Part shown: positions 23,309 to 32,793 of the stretch, piece by piece | How positions within the stretch are numbered: position 1 is the stretch's first letter | How the letters are laid out: the number at the start of each line of letters is the position of its first letter | NCBI GenBank assembly: GCA_002633005.1 | Contig: NMRA01000268.1 | Span: 543,713 to 576,505 of the forward strand | Direction: 5' to 3' | From: Phoronis australis | Lineage: Eukaryota > Animalia > Phoronida | Length of the DNA stretch: 32,793 bases | Notes under the pieces: generated by a model | What the model was told of the DNA's origin: nothing | The model's database searches: none | The model's input: the letters and a program-made list of their open reading frames with translations, nothing else | Translations under genes and position numbers: made by a program

Positions 23309-25343
23309 GTAAGTTTTTCAGGATAATATTTTGGAGAGTGATAAGGCTTTTTTCTAGTGGGCAGCTAGTTGGACACAATGACTCAAATTTTGACACCCTA
23401 GTTACGACGCTCTTTTCAGTGCTTGAATACGGTGTTCAGTGTTTGGATGCCCAAGTGAAATAACCATGATTAAAAGTTAAAATTTGTGAACAACAGAACT
23501 GGGAGCTCATTGCCCTTGTCCAGAATAAAGAATTAGTATTAAGGATATGTTGGATCTTACTTTCATTTTTGTTTGCAATATTGAAAACTTTACCCATGTG
23601 GATGAATCTTTGACCTTCATTTTTAGTTAACTAAACTTTAAAATCAACATCTTGCCTGCTCATGGTAGAAAAAACGATTTCCTAGACATACCTAATCCGT
23701 ATGGGAATTTGTTTACTTGTTTTCTAAGTTCAAAGGTTAGAGACCTGTCAATGACAGGCTGTCACTCAAGTCGAATTTCCCACCAGGCATAGAGCAGTTC
23801 TGTTTGTACCCACGGTCCTTCTATTAACTGATTCAGCATAATATTGAGTCTATGAGGTGAACATAGCCTAGAAAAATGATGTGGAAAGGAATACAAAGGG
23901 ATCCTGAGGGAGTTGTGTGTGCTTGCATATAAAGTTCATTGTAAAGTTGATAGCATAATCATACAATGAATGCACTGAGTCGCTGCAAGGCATCGGGCAC
24001 TGTGTTCACGTACGCTGCAAGTTGTTAAAAAAGATAAACCCTCTCCCAAATTCATTAATTTCACGGATAATATGACAGTTCAGTGTTTCAATCTTGCTCA
24101 CAGTGCACTTTAACCACAGGCTCGATTTCTATTGTCCATTTTTGTTGTTTTTTGATATTAGTCTCACCAGTGCATACTTCATATGTTGTGTACCACAATG
24201 AACTGTTGACTTACTAACTGTTTACCCCATATCTGACCTAGTGTCACTGGAGGCACTGAAATGCGACTGACAAAATTAAAACATTTCAGAGGTAATTAAG
24301 TTGATTACACTGTAAATTCAATTGACATTGCATCTGAGTGTTAATATAATGAATATAAAAAAGGGTTTTTAGGTTATATTGACTGAAAGCAAGTTTTCAG
24401 TGAATAATTAAGTGAAAACCTTGAGATTTTGACGACTCGCAACGTTTTCGGCTTTTTCTTGGGTTTGGCAATCAACTTCATTTGAACTTAGGAACACTCA
24501 GTTCTCGAATACGACTCAGATTTCTTTTAATATTCACTCAGGGGTTGTTGTGTTGTGAATGTACCTTTAAGTTTGTTAAAAATGAAAATTTCACTTAAAA
24601 TGTGGCCACCTTATAATAACAATGACACATAAATATAACTTGTATTTTTGTAACCCCTGATTTTTATTTCAGAAAATATATACTTTTATTAGTTGACACA
24701 GCCTTGGTTTTCTGATAATTCACTTTGAATTTGCATATCTCAATATTGTCCTACATAACATTAAGATATGAAGTAAGATGTAATGACTGTTACTGCAGAC
24801 CTATGCCTTTATGGTAATATATCACACTGTAACGGCAACTAGATTGTCTTATGGTCATGGAATTTGATATAGCGTGTCCATATGTTGAGAACCAGTTTGA
24901 TGCTCCTTATTCAGTGGAGAAAATTGGTTCTCAAAATTTGGGCACGCTTTATCGGACCATTACCATAAAGAAACAGTCACACTTCATTGGTCATGAATGC
25001 CCTGAAAAATTGGGAAACCCATTTTAGTTTCCCTATTTTTGAAATTCTGGATGAAGTCCCAATGAAGTTATTGCCTCAGGTGTTTACTTTAAAATTTATA
25101 AAAGTATGGCTGTGGCTGTAGTTTACATACTGGTTTCCTTATGTGAATTCTAAATAGTTGGGTCAAAAATTGTTTCAATAACGTCATTTAAAGGTAATAT
25201 TGAGTGCTTTTGCAGTGTTCTAAAATGGCCAACTTCAAACTTAATTATGAAAAACAATATGAAAGCAGTTTCTTAAGCCAGAATTAGCACCAAGTTGTTC
25301 CGTCGGCCGTTCCCACCACATTGTAATCATAGACAACAAATTA

Positions 25344-25503
25344 CCGTTAACGTTCGGGTTAACGCCTTGGGCGGTTAAATTGGCAAACCCAAAAAATCGG
25401 GGGTGGGCGGTTAACCAAGCAGTGGGCGGTTAAAGCGGAAATCCACCTAAAGTAGGAGGTGGGCGGTAAACTGAGCATGGGCATTAACCCGAACGTTATA
25501 CGG
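25344..25503. mobile_element. 160-bp MITE with TA TSD (Tc1/mariner-type)
   Basis: TA|CCGTTAACGTTCGGGTTAA ... TTAACCCGAACGTTATACGG|TA, near-perfect TIRs; four internal GGGCGGT(T)AA repeats. Confidence 0.85.
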
Positions 25504-25780
25504 TAACTACAAAGTCTTCTTTACAGTAAATTGGGCCAAAAGTTGTTTTCATTAATCAGTTACGTGAATCTTGTTTTATTGCATTTAGGTTGCAGTCGTT
25601 ACTTGAGGCAAATTCTGTTAAGTATGACGCATTTTCGGCTTCGAACTAACTTACCAGTGAATTCACAACACTTAAAATCTCAAATAATATGCTTTTGGTT
25701 GTGATCCAGGCTGCATGGTATCTTTGATCGTCACCCCTAGGCAGTGGAGGTGTTATTTGTTTGTTTATTTCGTTTTGTAG

Positions 25781-25949
25781 GATGATCTAGCTGGTGTGGG
25801 TCGGGGATGCCCCCATCAGCTGTTGGGTCAAAGGTCATGCATCAGTGGAGGTCAAATTTCAGCCAGTTGCTGTGTGGACAGCCACTTTGGCAAGGCTTGT
25901 ACTTACAGACCCAGCCTCACATCTGGAGTTGTGTGCTGTAAGACAACAG
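25781..25949 (+). CDS. Secreted Cys-rich/Ig-domain protein, coding exon 3
   Basis: TTTTGTAG| acceptor; DDLAGVGRGCPHQLLGQRSCISGGQISASCCVDSHFGKACTYRPSLTSGVVCCKTT; CAG|GTAGC donor; phases 0/1. Confidence 0.8.
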
Positions 25950-26215
25950 GTAGCAGCAGAAGTTTCAGGCTATACATTGTCTATACATACTGAAAACATC
26001 CCATGATTCAATGGGCTGTAGTCTCGATAGTTTTGCATATGCATGCATGAACACAAAATTTTCCGAAATCATAATTTGTTATACAGCAGTAGCTATAAGC
26101 AGAACCAATTTCAGTCTCAAACTTAGTACCAAAAAATATATAAAGGTTCATACAGGCAGCTGAAGGGGAAATAGTCGTATTCAGCACCTCAGTGTCATTG
26201 AGAGAGATCTATTAA

Positions 26216-27216
26216 AGGAGCATGCCACCCAAAAAACAGCCTAATTTGTATCAATTTAGATCGAGTAGTTCTACTCCATAACGACACGTACGGTTGCGTT
26301 ACCTGACACCTGACGGCAGACGGAGGTGTTGAAATTATCCAATGACGTCATCGGTTTCACACGCAGTCTGTTCAGCAGTTCCCAACACGGGCTACTAGTG
26401 TCAGCTTATCGCTTGAAGTCATCGTTTAACACCAATAAATCATCAAACTTCAATGTAAAACCTTTAAAAATATATCGATTTCTTATAAAAACATGTTCTT
26501 TTATTTCGCTCTTACGGATTTATTGGTATTTGGACACACCATAGCCTACAGAATTCGTCAGGCCAATAAGGTCTGTAGCAGGAGTTTGGGGTCTGTTCAG
26601 AGATAATTTCGAAGTATTTTCCGTGAGATACAGACAGGAGAACCTAGATCTGTGCTTGTTATCCTGGCCGGCAGTGGCTCGGAGCCCGATCAGGCCTGTC
26701 GTGGCAGGCCGGATTGACTCGTTATCCCAGCCAGTGGCTCGGAAACTGATCAGACATCACGAACATAAACCAGCCAAAGTTCAGTGGAAACTAAACTTCC
26801 AGTCAAGAAAATACTATACTAGTGAGCCAAAGTAATGTGCACCTGATTATGTTGGTGAATTAGCCATGAAACTGCAAATCTACTTACTCGTCGGGGGCCG
26901 CGAATTTAGATTCCGCTTTGGCCACAGCACCGTCAGGGCAGAATTTGTACATTGACAATCATTATTTGAGTAATGTAAATGTAAATAAAGATTCCCCTAA
27001 CACCTGGCCGTGGGATGGAAATCGAGTTGTTTCACAACAGTTTCTGCCAGCAAACACTAAATTAGCATGACCCACTGATGTCGCCAGCGTCGTTTCTCAC
27101 CTTACAGGTTAACGCGACACCTCTTGGCAAGGTAAGGTCGACCGTATGCGAGGCAAAGTGGATATAGACCGATTAAGACGGCAAAAAAGACTAATTAAAT
27201 CGGGTGGCATTCTCCT
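26216..27216. mobile_element. Non-autonomous Kolobok-like DNA transposon, copy 2 (intronic, inverted relative to copy 1)
   Basis: TTAA|AGGAGCATGCCACCC ... GGGTGGCATTCTCCT|TTAA; reverse-complement homologue of 2176-3343 with internal indels. Confidence 0.88.
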
Positions 27217-28882
27217 TTAAAGCTGAGTGGATCAATGCAAAAATTCTGTGTGACAGAGTACTTTGAAAACATTTTAGCTTAATTGGAACTACATCAATTA
27301 GTTAATGACTGGCTCGTTAAATTATTTCGCTCAATATCAACTAGCTCTGGTTCCTTAATTAAGGTCATTAACAGCTCAAGCAAACTAGTCGTAAAGTAAC
27401 GTTTTACCCATGTCAACAGCAGCGATTTAACTCTTTCTATGTGAATACGATTATAAAATGTATCAAATATTGGAATCATGGAATGTGTATGTTCTCGTGC
27501 GGCTTGTCTGCATGATGTTATTGTTCAATCAACAGTTTTGAATTTAGTGCCACTCCTCTTGAGTAATCAAAATTTTAAGAAATTTACAGTTTTATAGGCA
27601 GAGTGCTCAGTCAAGTGAGTTAATCAAGATTTATGGACAGGCAACTGATATTTAACCAGATCTTTGAAGTATTGGCAATGAAGGTACAGCCTTCTTAACT
27701 TTTTACTGCATTAGAGTACGCTTTATCTGTTTTACAGCTAAACACGCCTTTCGATGACTCACCCATCTACTGCCAAACATGCTTTACTGTAACTTACCCA
27801 TTTACTGCCAAAGGCATGTGTTTACTTCAAAACTTTATTCTATAGCTTTCTCGTACTTCGAACACACTTAAACATCGCCGTAGAAGTGGGCCCTATAGAA
27901 AGAAATACAAAAAGTGTTGATAAGTTGGAAGACAAAAATTAAAACGTGATATGTATACAAACATAACCCGAATAACAACTACATCTAGTGGCAAACAAAC
28001 AAACTAGCTGGTTGCAAGTAACTATAAACTAAAACACTATGCAAAAACTTAAGGAACTATAAACTAGGTAGAACTGAACTAGGAAACCACATAAAGAAAT
28101 TACTCTAGTTAAAATATCAACGGATATGGTACTCACAAAATAGTTCAGCTCCAGAGCATATCAAAACGACACACACCCTCCTTTCAGCCATTTTGGAAAC
28201 AGAATGCCCAAAGAAGGCTCTAGTAGGCTCTTAAAGAGGATTTACTCCTTACAGGCACCTTTTGGCGACTTACCAAATGCGTCGAAGGGGGAGTTGGGCA
28301 CTTGCCTGTTTTTTACCTAGTTTATGGTGGGTGATAACTGCACTTTAATGACATTATCAGACGACAGTACAACAGTTTTAACAAATCCAATATGAAAGTA
28401 ATTATTTGAGTTTTTTTCTTGTTTTTGAAGAAGTGTAAGGTCAATTGTGATTGATGCAATGGTCTTTAAACTGCCCATTGTAGAGGTTTAATTGACTTGA
28501 ATCGATTCATGATCTGAAGGGGACATGTTAGATACAGGACAAGGTCCAAGCTGGTATATCAACCAAAACCTTTCATTGGCCATAGTTTTTTTTTCACGCG
28601 ACATCTTGAATAACTCTATTTTGGTGAATACCTGCCCTAACATATCATATCATAATTTTAAAGTGTCGTAAAACTATGGGTGTGCACCCTATCCTGGGTT
28701 CCATAACAATTCACCTACTTTTAATAATTTTAGAGGGTTTTTAGTGATTGCACACTGTGTGAAGCATATCCTCAAAATTTGTTTGGAAGTGGGTGATATG
28801 ATTTGGAACATTTTCTTGTTCTGTGTAGGTAAATGTAGTTATCTGCCTGTCTACCTAATGCATGTAGTTTGCTAACATCCAG

Positions 28883-29053
28883 GCTTTCAACCTCAACGTC
28901 ATGGTAGCCACCAGATGAAGATCGTGGTGACAGTTGGACAACCCATAACAGTACGATGCCCTGTCAGAGGTCACCCTCATCCGCTCATCACATGGCACAG
29001 AAATGATGAAGCTATTGACCAGCCTGATAGTGAATGGAGTGTAGATGATGCTG
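28883..29053 (+). CDS. Secreted Cys-rich/Ig-domain protein, coding exon 4 (Ig I-set, first half)
   Basis: VVTVGQPITVRCPVRGHPHPLITWHRND carries the Ig B-strand Cys and C-strand Trp; donor G|GTGAGG; acceptor taken as CCAG| at 28882, the first AG after the in-frame TAA; phases 1/1. Confidence 0.85.
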
Positions 29054-30237
29054 GTGAGGATGTATATAGGGGCCTCATTCATGAGACCTTGTCCTCGGTC
29101 ATATTTGGTAGTTTTCAACATAACTTAAGCTCCCGTGATGGTTGTGCTATAGATTGTAGTAATTAATAGTATTAATATTCAAATGTCTCATTCATGAGTC
29201 AAGACTGTGTTTGTCTGACTTTTCTTGGAGCTTTTTAAATAATCTCAAGTAAACTTACGTGTACCCCATGTGTTAACAGTGCAAATTGTATGTTCTTGTG
29301 TTAAAACTTGGCATGTAAACAAGTGGGCCTCCACTCTCAGGTGGCATACTCATCACTTGAGATGCCAAAGCTGGTTTTCTAGACCTGGTGATCAAATGGC
29401 TGGAAGGCTGTCAAAAGATGGTTATTGTTCTCCTGTGCAACACCGGGTACTTGGTTCAGTCTGGACAAAACCGAAGTATCTCTCCAGGACCTAACCAAAT
29501 GAATGAAACCATTTTCAAAACTTCCATGATTTCAGAAATCGCATACTGTTAGTCTTTTGAAGTTGGACTGCGAGAGAGATTGGCAGAACAACTAGAGACT
29601 TGATAAAGTTTGCTTAATACTTTTAAATTCGGTCTCTTTATTTTATAAAATAACCCTAAATTTATTTCAGTGAGTGCAAACAATTCAATGGCAGTGCACC
29701 AAATTCCAACTACTATCCCTTAAATCCCAGTCCTGCTCCAACAAACACCAAAGCTGAAGTAGAATTCCGTACCCCGGCCCTGAACCAGACACCCTCATAC
29801 TGAAAATATTCACAGACAAAACTTCAATCCTGCATTGTGTTTGTAGGTCCAGGACTTGGCTTTAGGGGATCGAAACTAATTTAGAGGCATGTCCATGGAA
29901 TCGTTTCCACTCCTGTATAAGTCTGTGAATTTGATAGTACAAAATAAAGATTTCTGAAGCTTTCATTGAGGGTTGATGGTGGTGTACTATTTTTATCCAC
30001 AAAAAAGGCTGTGTAAACTTCAAGGAGTTGAAAAGACCATTTTTAAATGATTGTGTTCGAATTGATTTTGAAAAGTTGTGACCTTTAGCAGTAGAGGTAT
30101 GAAATGCAATTTAGTATAAATCAGTGACTTCAGATAAATTTTGGAAAATAATACATCTGTATAAATAAAAATATATTGCCTATTGGATCTGAACTGTCGT
30201 TGTGATGGTCGAATGCCTTCATTGCTTTGCTTTTCAG

Positions 30238-30345
30238 GCTCACTGATGACAAAAAGTGCAATATTGAGTCACTCTGGTCTATACAGATGCCGAGCAAGAA
30301 ATGACCTAGGAGAGCTGGAGGTTTTTACCATGGTTACAGTAAAAC
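30238..30345 (+). CDS. Secreted Cys-rich/Ig-domain protein, coding exon 5 (Ig I-set, second half)
   Basis: TTTTCAG| acceptor; GSLMTKSAILSHSGLYRCRARNDLGELEVFTMVTVK with the GxYxC.A.N..G motif; donor C|GTAAGG, so the gene probably continues. Confidence 0.88.
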
Positions 30346-30476
30346 GTAAGGATGATAATTGTTCTGGCTTCCAGGAAAAAAGCTGAAAATAGTTGGATAG
30401 ACATGGTTCATAGTGGCTTTAATGGTTCCATATCATTGGTGGTGATTGTATATAGAATGGCGATGAANTAACTTAC

Positions 30477-30610
30477 CATAAGTACCACTAGAGGAAATAG
30501 CTATGATTGCTCCCACGAAGTCGGGGTATTTCTTGGCTATCTTGACCACAACAGTCGACGCAGCAGTCGAAGGTGACTGGCCATCCCTCATTAACTCCAC
30601 GACATGAAAA
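30477..30610 (-). CDS. AGA: N(4)-(beta-N-acetylglucosaminyl)-L-asparaginase (aspartylglucosaminidase), penultimate-type internal exon
   Basis: CATCAG| acceptor, 134 bp, G|GTAAGT donor. Encodes FHVVELMRDGQSPSTAASTVVVKIAKKYPDFVGAIIAISSSGTYG, which aligns without gaps to the recalled human AGA segment [45 protein letters not shown]. Confidence 0.85.
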
Positions 30611-31805
30611 CTGATGATAAAAACACACAAAATTAAACAAGGAATTAAACAAATTTGCCATCATTACTGGCCAAGTCACTTAAAGCTTATAAGTACCTTA
30701 AAAGGACACTAAACCCAGTTTTTGCTTATGAACATAGAACTCTCCTAGACAGCTCTATAAGACAAAATGGCATTCTGTAATCCTTATCAAAACTCAAAAG
30801 TTTGAAGCAAATCAGAAAATTCTTTACAAATTCTGCTAAAAGGGCAAGTGTGACCCTAAATTCGGGACATCAACACGGCAACTTTACGGAATGACCGCCC
30901 ACCACGAAACACCCTGTGACACAGTAAGTGAAATTGTTTTCAGTTGAATCCTTCTTTTATCAATCAAGTGAGATGCCAATGGTGCAATAGCGGGTAAACA
31001 GAAAATGGATTGGTTGGTATGTGTGGTATTGAACGATTGCAAGCCCAAATTCTATTTCAGGCCAGGCACCCCTAGACGTTTTAGTTTGATGACTCCAAGC
31101 AACCTTCATCTGGCATTCTATAGCCAAACGGATGTGTTCATAAAGAATCAAGAAGAGAAATTAACTGTGAGACAACTTTGACCATATAGATCTTGCATAT
31201 CATGTTTCATATATTTTTAGCTAGACAACCGCTTGACGACTGTCAAGCGTTTTATACTTTGTTTGCACCAAGGCAAGAAACTAAGCCTATAACTAATAAT
31301 CAACATTGATTCCAGATAGCTCAAACCACAGGATAAAATTTTCACCGGTGTTCAATTTTTAATCATTAGAATCATGGTTGATGTATCAGTGTAATTTCCC
31401 TCCGCAGTTAAACATGCTTGTTTGGAGACCCAGACTGTAGCCTGGAAGCAGTTTATTTTTAGTTAATTCTCTACATAGCAAAATATCATTAAGCCACAGT
31501 TGCAAAATGCTAATAAATTTTCAATCGTTCTTGTGCGACATTTGTGGCTATCGCAAACTGGAAAAAACTATTTACTAGTTGTAAGCAGATGCCAGAACTT
31601 TTCCAGACGAGGTGGTCAGTTCATATTTTGCAGTAAAAATGTTATTGTACATAGGGTCCAGTATGACTCATTGTGTTTACTGGTATTGTTATGTCCCTTC
31701 ACTTGCTGGTAGATGTAGTAACCCTACAGAAAAATATCATTGTCAATGATGTTCTATTGTCACAACATGTACTGGACCTGAACTAGGTTCAGCAAACCAT
31801 ACCTA

Positions 31806-32793
31806 ACGAAATTGTGTAAGTATATTTATATGATGTTAACAACGGAAAATGACGACTTTTGGACGGATCCGACTACCGGTGTGCCCCCTAGTGGCAATTT
31901 TAATTCTTTTACGCTTACCTTTGTATCTTCAAAAGCCCTGAACGGATTTTCATGAAATTTAGTATGTAGGCACCTATTAGTAAGATGACGCTATCCTCCC
32001 GTTTTCAGATAGATTCGACATAGTTTGCGCCACCTAGTGTTTTCGAGTCTGTTTTTGTGCGTCCACCCCTCTATCAACCAAACCGCTCAAAGGATGATTG
32101 TGAAAATTGGCATGTATATGCTTACTATGTAGAGGACGGTTGACGATGATTTTCAGATGATTTGGACTACTATGGCGCCTGCTAGTGGCATTTTTTTTTT
32201 GCGCCTATGGCTGTATCTCCTAAACCGTTTGCAGGATCTTTACGAAATTTAATAAGTGTATTTATATTATGTTAACAACAGTCGATAACGACTTTTAGAC
32301 GGATCCGCCTACCAGTGTGTCCCCTAGTGGCAATTTTATTTTTTTACATTTACCTCTGTATCTTCACAAGTCCTTAACGGATTATCATGAAATTTGGTAT
32401 GTTGGCACCTATTAGTGCGATGACGCTGTCCTCTCATTTTCGGATAGATTCGACCTAGTTTGCGACACCCAGTGGCCATTTTTACTGTTTTTGAGTCTGT
32501 TTTTTGGCGTCCACCCCTCTATCAACCAAACTGCTATAAGTATGATTGTGAAAATTGGCATGTATGTTCTTACTATGAAGAGGACGGTTGATGCTGAATT
32601 TCCCATGACTTTGATTACTGTGGCGCCTCCTAGTGGCATTTTTTTGCGCCCATGGCTGTATCTCCCAAACTGTTTGCAGGATCTTTACTAAATTTAACAA
32701 GTGTATTTATGTGATGCTGAGAACGGACGATGACGACTTTAGGATGATTCTGACTACCGGTATGCCTCTAGTGGCAATTTTAGTATTTTACAT
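31806..32793 (+). mobile_element. HINE-like core repeat fragment, 5'-truncated, running off the window end
   Basis: Matches 16033-17026; appears identical for about the first 830 bp, with a few differences afterwards; lacks the 5' subTIR module. Confidence 0.9.

Noticed and set aside
24875-25062. Possible decayed MITE with a TGAGAACCA/TGGTTCTCA inverted repeat
   Set aside because: Matching termini and a TSD could not be defined.

Overview
AT-rich eukaryotic (animal, most likely marine invertebrate) genomic DNA, about half of it transposon-derived. (1) A family of non-autonomous Helentron-type (HINE/DINE-1-like) elements is present in five copies. Their cores are ~435-450 bp higher-order tandem repeats, each carrying three co-oriented CTCF-consensus-like motifs, and they are nested inside each other twice (6176-7520 within 4615-12372; 15473-17407 within ~14990-18464). 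(2) A full-length but frame-disrupted Ty1/copia LTR retrotransposon of GalEa type (7615-12310, minus strand) is inserted in the 3' end of the first HINE. (3) Two TTAA-flanked Kolobok-like non-autonomous elements lie in opposite orientation, one of them abutting a decayed THAP domain; there are also three small MITEs and a probable tRNA-derived SINE head. (4) A spliced plus-strand gene (5 coding exons traced, 20735-30345) encodes a signal peptide, a 14-cysteine domain I cannot name, and an I-set Ig domain. (5) One minus-strand exon of aspartylglucosaminidase (AGA) sits at 30477-30610, just past a single N that may mark an assembly join. All alignments were done by eye; no database searches were run.
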